Shown: positions 25,345 through 37,880 of the stretch, in pieces | How the letters are laid out: the number at the start of each line of letters is the position of its first letter | How positions within the stretch are numbered: the stretch's first letter is position 1 | Origin: Chiloscyllium plagiosum | Lineage: Eukaryota | Direction of reading: 5' to 3' | DNA length: 64,000 bases | Assembly (NCBI RefSeq): GCF_004010195.1 | Contig: NC_057718.1 | Coordinates: forward strand, 87,044,139 to 87,108,138 | Position numbers and translations under genes: made by a program | Notes under the pieces: generated by a model | Database searches by the model: none | What the model saw: only the letters and a program-made list of their open reading frames with translations | Told to the model about the DNA's origin: nothing

Positions 25345-26135
25345 TCATCCCAACACCCACAAATGGAGCTGCATCAGGACATTATTTAAATGGGCTACAA
25401 CACACTGCAGCACCCAGGAACTAGGGGAAGCTGAGGACAAACACCTGCATAATGTATTCAGGAACAACGGGTACTGATAAGTGCAATCCGCCAATTCCTG
25501 CACAACAAATCTAACAAGAATACACAACATGCCCAGAGACTCTAGCCACCCTGTCTTACATCAAAGGCATCTTAGAGATGACGACCAGACTGCTCCGACT
25601 CCTAGACATCATGATAGCCCACAAACCTGCCACCACACTGAAACAGCTGCTGATGAATCTAAAGGACCCTGTACCAACAACCAGCAGAACAAACGTCATA
25701 TACAAAATACGCTGCAAGGACTGCAACAAACATTACATTGGACAAACAGGCAGGAAACTAGCCACCAGGATAGATTAGCACCAAGTAGCTGCCAAAAGAC
25801 ATGACCAACTATCACTGGTTTCCATACACACAGATAAAGAGGGACACCAGTTTGACTGGGACAATGCATTTATTCTGGGACAGACTAAACAAAGACACGC
25901 ACGGGAATTCCTGGAGGCCTGGTATTCAAACCGGAACTCCATTAACAAATATATAGATTTGGATCCCATTTATCAACCTCTCAGAAACAGAACCAGAAAT
26001 GATCTCACCCACCATAACAAACTGAGACAGATAAATAGCAAACAGGACAGAATCCCCACGCTTCGCCAGAAGCTCACTGATGATGTTACCTAGCATGGTG
26101 ACTCTACCAGCTCAGCAAGCAAACTTACAACCTGA
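25345..26135 (+). mobile_element. Penelope-like element, RT C-terminus + GIY-YIG endonuclease + 3'UTR, decayed
   Basis: HPNTHKWSCIRTLFKWATTHCS; NVIYKIRCKDCNKHYIGQTGRKLATRI; partial hammerhead CTGATGA-TGTTACC...GGTGAC at about 26077 with GAAA lost. Confidence 0.92.
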
Positions 26136-26399
26136 CTTTATTTATATTTTCATTTTGCTGCCTTTATAGTCTTTGTTTTAGTTAATTTTTCTGTGGTTGA
26201 AGATGGCATTGGAGAGTGGCTACACTATACAACACTTTTCACTATTTTGTAGCAAGATACATGTGACAGTAAATAAATCAAATACACATTAGCTACCTTT
26301 CAGTCTTCTAGCACCTCACCTGTGATTGTAGATGATAGATTTTTAAAATATTAAATATATGCTTTATTTTCAAAAAAAATCTTTAGACACACATATATC

Positions 26400-26872
26400 T
26401 TCCGGTCCAACATGGCAGCTTGTCCACTCTGGAGAAGGTCCATTGTTTTTTTTCCCTTGTGTTTTTAACCCTTCTCTTTGGACCTCCGGCAACTCCTGGC
26501 CTCAGCTCATCCATAAGGAGGGGTCCTCTCGGCCTGGGCGTAGTGGCCTTCAGCTTGGCATGGACTCAGCATGGACTTCGGGCCTTAGGTGATTCCAGAA
26601 CAATCTTCCAACCTCATGATCTTCAAGTGAAGCCTGGTGTGGTCTGGAACTAAGGCCCAGTATGGAGTACAAGCTAGGTCTCAGCATGGTCTGGATAGGA
26701 GCACTGTTATTCTGAAGTTCTACTTTTGCAATGCTGGACTTTTTATTTCTCTAAATGAGATCTTCTAAATGAAGAACCTGTTCCTGGGTACCTAAAGTGG
26801 CACTGGAGGTGACAACTTGTAAACATTTCACTGTACACGTTTGAGTACATGTGACAATAAAGCTGATTCTAA
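26400..26872 (+). mobile_element. Non-coding retroposon with Rex1/Babar-like tail
   Basis: Ends TTTCACTGTACACGTTTGAGTACATGTGACAATAAAGC; homologous to 24858-25344. Confidence 0.55.
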
Positions 26873-27942
26873 TAGTCACTAGAGCAGTTCAATTCTATAG
26901 TCTTTGTATATTGAGAACAAACAAAAACTTTATTTCCACTTCGATAAGTTTATATTTGCATACCAATCAGGAATGTCTCCGCTAGGGTCCTGCAAATTCA
27001 TCTGAGTTTATTGGACTTTTTGCCCTCTATGTTCAAAAAGCTGAACTACAACCATCCAAATGGTAAATTACATCCAGACATTTTTGATATGCACTGACAA
27101 ACATAAAATCTTTCTTTGAACAGTAAAACAGCCCTACTAAAAGTAGAGCCACAAAAAATTATTTAAAACTCTGAGTGTTCCTCTCCACGGAAATCTTTAG
27201 TAAAAGGCGAAAGATTTATACGATCTGAAGAGAAACCAGAGTATACTACAGAATCGTACCAATTCCTCGTACCCAATTGGTAACGTCCCTCCTTAACATT
27301 AGATTGAGCTGTCGCAACTTGTATCCCGGGGACATATACTAACATAGATTAACATTGTACGAGGCAATATTAAACCCTGTGTGGCAACATTTGTTAAATA
27401 TTAAGTTTTATTCCTTTATTTTAGTGTTGAACCTTATGCGTATGTAGATGAGCTGCGTGTTGTGTGGGTTGGGTTTACAGTGACGTGTGCATAATTCTGA
27501 CAATCAGCGTCTATGTTGCATATTCATCCTCTTAATATGTTTGAACATTCGGATTAAAATTTTTCAGTAGTACATGAAGATAATATTGCATTGCTTCATA
27601 TGGGAATCCCCATGAATTTAATGACAAAGATGCAGAGCTCGGAGTAAGAGAAAATACGGAAATGACTTTCAATTCGGTTGCCGCTGCGCTGAAAAATGTT
27701 GACACGTTTATTGTTGTAGAGGTAAAAACAATGACTGCAGATGCTGGAAACCAGATTCTGGATTAGTGGCGCTGGAAAAGCGCAGAAGTTCAGGCAGTTA
27801 TATTTGAGCAAAGAAACGAAGCTTGATCAGCGATTACTATTTTAAATGTTGGTCTTTATACACTAATCTTGGATATCCATCGTAATCGCCGCCAAAATAA
27901 ATTACCAAACTATTGCGGAAGTTTGCTTGAAACTACATCGAT

Positions 27943-28097
27943 TCTGGATTATTGGTGCTGGAAGAGCACAGTAGTTTAGGCAGCATCCGAGGAGCAGTAA
28001 AATCAGGATGCTGCCTGAACTGCTGTGCTCTTCCAGCACCACTAATCCAGAATCTGGTTTCCAGCATCTGCAGTCATTGTTTTTACCTGGTTGATTT
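27943..28097. mobile_element. Short fold-back Penelope-tail insertion with TSD
   Basis: ATTCTGGATTA.TGGTGCTGGAAGAGCACAG...GGCAGCATCC versus its reverse complement downstream; AAACTACAT(C/A)GAT at 27930-27942 and 28098-28110. Confidence 0.8.
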
Positions 28098-28819
28098 AAA
28101 CTACATAGATCTTGAGCATTTATGGCCAAGGATCAACCCTGCGTGATTGCATCACCATCACAAAACTGGTTAAAGCCGCCGTGTTACAGAGTAATGTCGG
28201 AATTATCTGTGGCTGTACAGTGAATTCTTAAATGCACTTGTAAAATTATGACCAGATTTTCAGATGCAACAGGCAGTCATTTCAGGTATTTTGTTTTTGA
28301 CGCACTTTTTAAAAACAATCATCTTTGAGATGTGCGCACTTAGTCTTTATAAAGCATTTTATAGTGTCACACTAAAAACTAAAAAGCTTCCAGTTTGTGG
28401 AAATTTTAAACATGCGTGCCTAACGTACATGGACGCGAATGAAACTTTAAAGATTGGCAAGTAAGGCCAGTGTTTCCGTGGGCCTTAGTGTTGACGCTTT
28501 CACTTGTTGAGCTGAGTAGGAAAGTACCAAATGCACAAAGAGCATACTTCAAATATTTCCGAAGCAGAAGAAATTTACAACATTCCATACTCACGTCAGC
28601 GTGTAGAAACTAACTAAAGTAGCGTAGGTTTAAAAATTGAAATTAATATCATTTTGCTTTTAATGCTCAGGCTTGAAACATTTAGTAAAAGTAGTTTATA
28701 ACTGTAAGTGGTTGTTTTAGTAAATTTTAAGTGATCAAACAGGGGTCTTTACTGCTATAAGTAAACAGTTGCATCAAGCTATGCAACACCCTCAGTATGA
28801 AAATCCCAAGTGCTAAGGA

Positions 28820-30770
28820 TCTTTTTATTTCAAAAATATATAAACATATTTTATATCTATACATACTCACAAATGCAGTTTGGCTCTGTTCAGTAGCGTA
28901 TCAAGAAAACAAACAAACAAAGCTGAGGATAGAGTTTGACTCTATCCAAACAAACCAAAGATCTCTCTTACACATACAGGACTATATTTACATGCATTTG
29001 GGGCACTAAGAGGGCCCGATAACTGAACAGGCCCCCTGTAAACAACAGCGGGAAGACCTCAGGTCTTTCCCCACTGCATCTTCGCAGCAGCTTTAGTGTG
29101 TCCCTCAGCACATAGTCCCGGACCTTGGGATATGCCAGTCGCAACCCTCGGTTGAGGTCAACTTCTTGATCTGGAAGACCAACAAGTTTTGGGCAGACCA
29201 AAGAGCATCGTTCACTGAGTTGATGGTCCTCCAGGCACGGTCAATGTTTGCAGTTACTGGACTGCAGACTGTAGAGCGCAGAGTCCTGCATTATGGAGTT
29301 GCTTGGGATGAACCTCAACAAAAATCCATCTACCAGGCCTGCCGTCAAGGAACGGCCCCCAGCATTCTCAAAGATCCATCCCAATGATTTTCTACAACCT
29401 CTACCATCGGAGAGAAGGTACAGAAGCCTGAACACACGCACCAGCTGGTTTTTGAAACAGTTTCTACCCAACTGTTGTTAGAATACTGAATGGACTCACA
29501 AATTCTTAACATTCGCCTGGACTTGTGTTTTTTGTTTTTGCTACTGTTTACCTATTATTTACTTATTTATACTACTTAACTCTGTGATCTTCCTGTATTG
29601 CTCACAAGACAAAGCTTTTCACTGTTCCTCAGTACACGTGACAATAAATTCAATTCAATGCCTTAGTGCTTGTTGGAAAGTTCTCGTGATGAGGCATTCT
29701 GCCAAATGACTTTGACAGTCTATTCAGGGAACCACGCAACAGGATCCATCCTCTCCTTTTCCCACAGAGTCTCAAGGATGCTATGTGCTCACTACTTTCT
29801 GATGTATTTGTGATCAAATTTCTCCACAAAGAAAGGTGATATGGAACGGTCCAACTACTTAGAGCATTCTGCGGCAATGAGGCCAGTCCCATTCTTCACA
29901 TCACCAGGGAACAGATAGAACTTCAATGCATAGTGACACTAAGTATTTACGTATGAGGGTCTATGCACAGCTTGATGCAGCTACACACAAAGGTGGCTAT
30001 CAGGATGAAGGTGGCATTGGGTACATTCTTCCTCTTGTCCAGAGTTTTATACGTTGAGTCAATGCAGGCATGGTCCATCTTAGACCTCCAGATGAAATGT
30101 AAAATAACTCAGGTGACTGCAACTCACAGTTTTGTAGAATGGACCAGACATATGCCACATACAACAGCAGAGAGAGTACCTCACACCTGATGACCAGGTT
30201 TTTGACAACAATGGAGAGGGAGCAGTGCTCCCAAAAGACCAGTTTCTGTTACAATGCGCTCCTCCCAAGATTTTGTGCATGCCCCAGTCCCTCCAAACTG
30301 TATTCCCAGGACCTTCAAATAATCTGACCTGATGGTGACGGGATAAAGGATCAGTTGGCCCAGTTCCCAAAGAACAAGGCCTCGCTCTTGCCTCGATTCA
30401 CTTTGGCTCCCAAGGCCAGTCCATACTAGTTGCAGATCCTCATGAGTCTGTGAACTAATGATGGAACCGAACAGAAAGCAGCAACATCTTCCATGTACAA
30501 GGAAGGCTTTAACCTGCAGGTCCATGCGGACTGAAATACTCATCCCTCTCAGGCTCTCATTCTTCCTGATGGACTCAGCAAAAAGCTCTGTATAACACAC
30601 AAACAAGGCAGAAGACAGTGGGCAGCCCTGTCTGACTCTGGATCTGACCGGGAAGCTCTAATTCCCATCCATTAATTGAGGCTGCACTAATGGTGTTGGT
30701 GTAGAGCAGTCAGATCCAATTGCAGATTCCTTCCCCAAAACCCATTCTGGAGAGCATATCACATATACAT
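28820..30770 (-). mobile_element. L1/Tx1-clade LINE ORF2 3' half, decayed
   Basis: Remnants (S)VRQGCPLSSALFVCYTELFAESIRKN, YLKVLGIQFGG...KSWEERI, LRLAYPKVRDYVLRDTLKL. Confidence 0.85.
29233..29658 (+). mobile_element. Rex1/Babar LINE 3' end nested in the Tx1 element
   Basis: SILKDPS..FLQPLPSERRYRSLNTRTS; tail AAGCTTTTCACTGT...GTGACAATAAATTCAATTCAAT. Confidence 0.82.
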
Positions 30771-31548
30771 GTGCGATATCCTGTCATTCTCCTGGTCCAA
30801 GCTACTAAGTGCTGAGAACCTAACTGTCTCCACTGTTAGGAAAGATTGGTCTAGCCACATTGCTTTGGGAACTCCAGTTAGTTGCACTGCACTGTACCAG
30901 CTCTCCCTTGTGGAGACATTATTGCAGAAAAACACTTTGACCACAAATACATCAGGCAGTAGTCAGCAGGTAACACCCTCAAGGCCTTGCTGGAAGGATC
31001 GATCCCTTGTTTGCTTCCTTGAGAAGACTGTCAAAGCTAATAGGCAGAATGTGTCATACCAACACTTGCATATCAGCACCAACATGTAGCCTGGTGGTAT
31101 AAAGAGCTCTTTCCATCAGAGCCTTCTCACATACCTGAAGTCTGGAGAACGATGCAATAGTTTTTGTCCAAGCTCATTCTGAGCAACTATGTAACATAGA
31201 TCTCTGTGCTCTATGTGATGTTCCCAATGACACATACCAAGACACAGACCAACTACACCTAGACAATCATTGTAAACACAGTGTCTATTTATTTTTGGGC
31301 CTTTAAAAACTGTGGACTGCAATGAGAAAGAACATCTTAAAAACAGGATTCACCGGGAAGGCTGCATAACTTGAAATCTAACATGAACTCTATTTTTATA
31401 ACTGTGGATTCCTACAATGTGCACATCATCAGGGGCTGAGGAGATGTTTACAAATGAAGCTGTTTGGTTCTCAGCTGTCTGAGCAGGTTGAAAATGAAAC
31501 AAGTTACAAAGGCACAGACACAGAGAGAGAAGACACAGAAATGATTGG

Positions 31549-31865
31549 TCGGCACGGTGGCACAGTGGTTAGCACTGCTGCCTCGCAGCGCCAGAGACCC
31601 GGGTTCAATTCCCGACTCAGGCGACTGACTGTGTGGAGTTTGCACGTTCTCCCCGTGTCTGCGTGGGTTTCCTCCGGGTGCTCCGGTTTCCTCCCACAGT
31701 CCAAAGATGTGCACGTTAGGTGAATTGGCCATACTAAATTGCTAGGTTAGTAGTGTTAGGTAAGGGGTAAATGTAGGGGTATGGGTGGGTTTCGCTTCGG
31801 CGGGTCTGTGTGGACTTGTTGGGCCGAAGGGCCTGTTTCCACACTGTAATCTAATCTAATCTAAT
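31549..31865 (+). mobile_element. HE1-like V-SINE, young full-length copy
   Basis: GGCACGGTGGCACAGTGGTTAGCACTGCTGCC..GGGTTCAATTCCC (A/B boxes), V-domain, (TCTAA)n tail; CpGs retained. Confidence 0.93.
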
Positions 31866-31940
31866 AAATGTGTGCAATCGTCCTCTCCAGCAGAAAGTGC
31901 AGTTAAAAATAACTTAATTTAAACCTAAAAAAAACAAATA

Positions 31941-32362
31941 CAGTATATACTCGAGTACTAATCGATCTCATGTAAAAGACAACACCCTATTTTTGGCCAA
32001 ATAACCTGGAAGTTTCCATATATCCCATGTAAAGGTCGACCCTAGTTCTTCACAGGTAACAGATCAACATTTATGAGTCAGTGTGCTGGCCATCACGTCC
32101 CATTCTAGCTTTCCAGTCTGCCAGTTGTTCAGCTCCACTCCCAGTCTGCCAGTCCTTTGGCTGTTCTCCGCTCCAGGTTTTCAGAATTACTGTAATTCTT
32201 TTTTTTCATTTAGAGATCATTTGGGTTTCTACTAATGATACGATATGAATTTTGAGGGGCATGAATTTTAGCCCCTCAGCAGTCGTATCCATGTTATAGT
32301 CGACCCCATGAATTTAACTTTAAAAAGTCAAAACAATTCAAAAATTGCTCGAGTATATTCGG
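31941..32362. mobile_element. Tc1/mariner-superfamily (pogo-like) MITE
   Basis: TIRs CAGTATATACTCGAGTA / TGCTCGAGTATATTCGG, TA on both flanks. Confidence 0.75.
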
Positions 32363-32914
32363 TAGCTTTCATGAATTAGTCTCTGTGAGCTGTGAATTTT
32401 GAATTGATAAATCAGAGACATTTTCCAAGTGAATCAATCATTCTGTACTTCGTATGAACAAGTGAAAACTTCTACAGAAAGACAACTGAACACCAAGGAC
32501 CTGTAGAGCTGAAAAAAGATCATTTCAACATTGGAACTGGGAAGCAAAGACCACTGAAATGATTTTCAGTATTTTTCCCACCTTATCCAATAATCTGTTT
32601 TTTCCCTATTCGTTTGCTTATGTGTGTTTATATGTCAATGATTTATATCTGTTTATCTGTAGCTGTTGTCTAATTACTTGTAATAAATAAAAATTCTTGT
32701 TTAGTACAGAAACTTAGCCTGTGTTTTCTATCAACCTTGGCCTGAATTGTGAATCACCAAGTGTCAAGCTGTAGCTCAGTCAACAGAATGATGGCCTGGG
32801 TTCTCCAGGACACTAGCAGCATATTGCCAATTGTGAATTATGTGCCATCCGTAGGTTAGGACAAAGAGAACCATTGATATTCAGCAAATTACAGGATAAG
32901 CTTATCTGTAATTT

Positions 32915-33231
32915 TTAGATTAGATTCCCTACAGTGTGGAAACAGGCCCTTCGGCCCAACCAGTCCACACCGACCCTCCGAAGAGTAACCCACCAGACCC
33001 ATTTCCCTCTGACTAATGCACCAAAGACTATAGGCAATTTAGCCAGGCCAATTCACCTGACCTGCACATCTTTGTGACTGTGGGAGGAATCTGGAGCACC
33101 CAGGGGAAACCCACGCAGACACAAGGAGAATGTACAAACTCTACATAGACAGTCGCCCGAGGCTGGAATCGAACCTGGGACCCTGGTGCTGTGAGGCAGC
33201 AGTGCTAATCACTGAGCCACCGTGCTGCCCA
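32915..33231 (-). mobile_element. HE1-like V-SINE
   Basis: Reverse complement of the 31549 family; (TTAGA)n at left end. Confidence 0.92.
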
Positions 33232-33660
33232 AGATCTTAAAATGTAAACTCAAATCCAGGAAAAACTTTTTAAAAAGGTTTTACCAATAAGGCAACAGGA
33301 CACAGTCTGGTGCAGTAACTCAGGAAGCTATACCTAGGTTATAAATATTATCGATTAAAACAAAGCAGCAACTTTACAGGTGCATTATAGCTCTTGATTT
33401 CCAATTCAGTTTAAGGTATAGGTTGACACTTGGTCTCTTGTCTATTTCCAAAACCCCACGGCCCCTCCCTTTTCAATTGGATGGCAGGATATCTTAACTT
33501 CTTGATCACCAAACGCTGTTACTTTTTACTTTTAAAGCCACATCCCACAAACATGATCACTTACAGCAATACAATTTTAATAGCCTAAATTGGATGAGAC
33601 CTATTGCTAATTGGTTTATGAGGCACATGCTCAATCTCCAATTTTCTGTTAAGAATGATG

Positions 33661-33980
33661 CTGGAAATGTGTTGCTGGAAAAGCGCAGCAGGTCAGGCAG
33701 CATCCAAGGAACAGGAGAATCGATGTTTCCCCCTTCTTCAGGAATGGGGAAAGTTTGTCCAGCAGGCTAAGATAAAAGGTAGGGAGGAGGGACTTGGGAG
33801 AGGGGCGTCGGAAATGTGATAGGTGGAAAGAGGTCAAGGTGAGGGTGATAGGTCAGACTGGGGTGGGGGCGGAGAGGTCGGGAAGAAGATCTCAGGTTAG
33901 GAAGGCGGTGCTGAATTTGATGGATTTGACTGAGACAGGGTGGGGGGAGGGGAAATGAGGAAACTGGTGAAATCCGAATC
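33661..33980 (-). mobile_element. Penelope-type 3' end with 15-bp TSD; hammerhead helix II deleted
   Basis: CTGTTAAGAATGATG at 33646-33660 and 33981-33995; same tail as 22716 and 53350. Confidence 0.85.
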
Positions 33981-34552
33981 CTGTTAAGAATGATGGACAG
34001 TCACTGATGTCACCACCCACTATATCCTGATTGGGCCCTTAAGTTGTCAATTATTCGTGGGTCCATCCTCAACATTAAGTTTTGTTATGGTGACTTTGAC
34101 TTTTTACTAAGAGGGTTGGTTGAAATGTTCTTTTCCTCTTTGTTCAGGAAAAGGGAGCCATTTGCAGTCAGGACTAAAAGATTAATACCCTTGAGCTGAT
34201 GACTAATCCTTTGTTTCATTGATAAAGTTCCCATTAAATCAGGCAATTATTTATCACTGACCTTTTGATTCTGATTTTTGATTTGATATTATTGTCACGT
34301 ACTGAGATACAGTAAAATGTATTGTTTTGCATGCGAACCAGTCAAATCATACCTTACATGAGTACATCAGAGTAATACAAAACAACCTCGAATATCCGAA
34401 TGAGACGGGCAGGGATCTGATCGTAAACAAAGGAAGCATTTACGGGACCTTGAGATCTTGTTCAGATAATTCAAAATTCGGATAAATGGTGTTCGGATAA
34501 CCTAGATTGTTCTGTTGAACAGTACGCAGAATATAGTGTTGCAGCTTCAGAG

Positions 34553-35312
34553 AATGTTAAAAATCAAACAACACCAGGTTATAGTCCAACAGGCTTATTT
34601 GGAAACACGAGCTTTCAAAGCTCTGCTTCTTCCTCAGGTGGTTGTGGAGAAAAAGACAATAAGACACAGAATTTATAGCCAAATGAGTACAGTGTCATAG
34701 AGATGTGATGATACATTAAACAATTTTAGATCAAGTCTTTCAACTTTTAGAATGGAATGTTTTTTCTGATCTATGATATGTATATCCCAGAACGTCTTTT
34801 AAATTACATTCTCAAGAAAAGCCTAGCTTTTCTAACAACAGGTGTCATCTCAGCTCAGACAATGCATTAAGGTGTGAGGTCTGTCTGTGTCCCAGTGTTG
34901 AATTAGACTGGTTCTATTTCTAAAGTGGGATTAGAGAGTTTTACATGGATTCATGCAGTTTTAGAGCAAAATAAAATGTAATTCTGCAAAAACAAATTCA
35001 CCCCATAAAACTTATATGTGTGCGTGTGTAGGAGAGGCAGAGTGAGTGTGTGCATATGAGTGTGCATGCATGTGATAGAGAGTGTGTGTAGGCTTGGTTA
35101 AGTGTGTGCGAGTGTGATGGGGTAAATGCATGTAAGAGGGTGCATGCATGTGTGTGAGTGCAGGGGGTGTTTGTGTGTACATATGAAAGCGAGCTTTTGT
35201 ATGAGAGAGAGTCTGCATGGGTGTGTGTGTATAGGAATGTGTGTGAGTGAGTGTATAGTACAGTGGAGTCACCTATAGTGTGACGTGAACCCAAGATCCT
35301 GGTTGAGGCCAT
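34553..35312 (-). mobile_element. Penelope-like element 3' end (third family) with CA-rich 3'UTR and degenerate hammerhead
   Basis: Minus strand encodes GLNQDLGFTSHY (PLE C-terminus), then a CA-rich tract (35012-35260) and CTGAGGAAGAAGCAGAGCTTTGAAAGCTC; tail repeated at 48668-48752. Confidence 0.75.
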
Positions 35313-35423
35313 TCCCACGGATATCGAATTGCAATAAATGTTATCGCCTAAGTAATCTGCCACCATTAGAAATAGGATAACAGGTGTGAGCCAGGAATTT
35401 AAACAGAAAAAGTACAATATGGA

Positions 35424-35730
35424 GTGGCATGGTAGCTCAGTGGTTAGCACTGCTCTCTCAGCGCCAGGAACCCAGGTTTGATTCCAGCCACAGGTTTGCA
35501 AATTCTCCCCATTTCTGTGTGGGTTACCTCCGGGTGCTGTGGTTGCTTCCTACAGTCCAGAGATGTGCAGGTTAGGTGAATTGGCCATGCTAAATTGTCT
35601 ATAGTGTTTAGGGATGTGCAGGTTAGGTGCATAATGTAGAGGAATGTGTCTGGGTGGGTTACTCTTCGGAGGGTCAGTGTGGACTTGTTAGGCCGAAGGG
35701 TCTGTTTCCACACTGTAGGGATTCTATGAT
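35424..35730 (+). mobile_element. HE1-like V-SINE
   Basis: tRNA head, partial V-domain, tail GTTTCCACACTGTAGGGATTCTATGA. Confidence 0.88.
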
Positions 35731-36564
35731 CATAAGTATGTAAGTTAGCTCACTGAGCTGGAAGATTTATTTTCAGGTGTTTCGTCACCATGACTAGGTA
35801 ACCACACTGTAGGAATTCTATGATTCTATGATTCTATGATCCAGATTGTCTGAATTTGTAAATTCAAAGAATTGTGGTAGTGATAATTGTAAATATATCA
35901 ACAAATGTATAACAATAGTACTATGAGATAAAAAAAAAGACACGGAGAGAGCTGTTGTATATGGATCCAAAAGAATTAATACTTAATTGAGTGCAACAAA
36001 TCAATCCTGCCAATGATGTCATGGAGAATTGGTAATAGTGAAGAAGAAACTGGTGGACTCAGACTGAGGTGCTGTTTTTCTAACAGTTTTTGTAGTACTG
36101 TAGGTCAGATTCATATTATTTTCAAATACTTACAGAAGTTCAATAAACTTCATACTTTATACTCAACAGGACATTTCCAATTAAATCAGAAAAATGGATA
36201 TCCTAATACACACCAAATTATTTCAGGCTTGAAGTTACCTACATACAACAGATCACACCTATCTAGTCCTTCAGCACACTCCAGAATTCTCCCACTCTAA
36301 CTGGAAGCCAAGTCTGTAAAATAGGACCAATGTTTCTTCAAGAAATATATACTTATGTTAGTGGACGAAGATCAGTTTGATCTGAGTTTAGAAGAGGATG
36401 AAAGAAATGCATACAATATGAGAATTAATATTCTAGATGTTTCAATTGTCTTTCATTTAAGTTAAATTTGTGCGATGTTATTGTCAGGCTAGTATTCTTA
36501 CCCAAATAAGTAAAGTTATAAATTTCACATTAACTATCACATTTATTGCTGTGCTCTTTCGCAG

Positions 36565-36651
36565 GAAATTGATTCCACAAAAGCAAGTGGTCTGCTTTCA
36601 TCAGTGTCTCATGGTGCTAAAAGTCAGCATAGTAATATAGCAGAACACAAG
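36565..36651 (+). CDS. ADGB: Androglobin linker exon (EIDSTKASGLLSSVSHGAKSQHSNIAEHK), phase 0-0
   Basis: ctctttcgcag acceptor, AAG|gtaagt consensus donor, 87 bp open; paralogous to exon 20645-20761. Confidence 0.8.
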
Positions 36652-37880
36652 GTAAGTTGATAATCATAGATAATCTAGAATCTTTCAAGTAGAGTATTTG
36701 GAACTGCAACATTTGCAGCTTTTATGTACATTTGTTTAAGTTCCATTCCAGAGGGAATTGAATGTGGGTAACCATAACAGGAACTCATTTGAACATCTGG
36801 TTTTATTTCATGGATTGTATGTATAATGATTTCTACGTGATTTTTGTGTGTGTTCTGTATATAAGCATGGAAGGCGTGACAGAAATGAATGGGAGCTGAT
36901 TGAGTTTGGCAATATTACTATTTCCTGAACACAGTTTGCATGGTTGGCACAATGAATCCCCTATTCTATTTCATTAAAAGCAGAGGTAAACATGCTGTAT
37001 GTAATTTAATGGTATTACATCTATTTCTGACTGGCAAAAATTAAGCATTCTCTACAGTGAGTGAAGTCTTACCAGTTCTTCCAAGAAGATGGTGGAATGG
37101 GAAAATGTTAGATCGGTGGGCCAATGATTTCCTTCATCTGTCCTATCTTACTGGAATTGATGGTAACCAGTTTGCACAGATCCTGAATTGTGGGCAAAAT
37201 GGGAATCGACTGGAAACAGGGGGCTCCTCACAGATTCTAATAGATGCCTGGATTGCCTTGCTAGGCACCTGGCTGGACTGGCTTGCAAGGCCTCATATAC
37301 TTACTGTCATCCCCACACTAACCTAATGGAACACCTAGGAATTGGTGGGCCACACCAAGACCATCAGTGAAAAGATATTCCTTTCATATTGACAGTCTGG
37401 CAGCTATTGCTACAACTTTGTTTTACAAATTAGTAATGTTTTCAGAAGGTACCTCAAGAAAGTTTGATGTTTTCTCCAGATGACTACTCCTGGCACCCTG
37501 TGTATTTGCCACCTCTACCAGTAAAAAGTACTAAGTAAGAGCTGTTTGAGGTAGTTTGCTGCCACCAATCTCTTTGTCTTTGCTTTGTCCTAGGCCTATC
37601 TAGTGATTGATGGTAGTGGATACGTTACTGTATAGTATCTACAGAGGAGGCGCTATGGTTAGATAACAAAATTAGCATATGAGCAATAGTATAATTACAT
37701 TTAATCAGACATAATTACCAAGACCTGAGGAATCTGATGCATCTAGTCATAGTGTCATACAGCATGGAAACGACCTTCAGTCCAATCAGTCCATGCTGAA
37801 CATAATCCCAAAATAAACTAGAACCATCTGCCATTAGAGGGAAATGGTTTTGAAAGCCCAAATCCCTCCAAACCCTTCCT

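Noticed and set aside
31549..31620. tRNA gene-like A/B boxes here and in other SINE heads
   Set aside because: They continue directly into the V-domain and tail of HE1-like SINEs; not tRNA genes
34148..34180. Good-looking acceptor TTTTCCTCTTTGTTCAG|GAA as another linker exon
   Set aside because: In-frame TAA after 9 codons with no intervening donor
34998..35501. 167-aa His/Thr-rich ORF
   Set aside because: Translation of a CA-rich low-complexity PLE 3'UTR plus SINE antisense
36342..36460. Acidic open stretch KYILMLVDEDQFDLSLEEDERNAYN after a TTCTTCAAG acceptor
   Set aside because: No usable GT donor (AAT|atgaga) and no homology; at best a dead exon, which I cannot support
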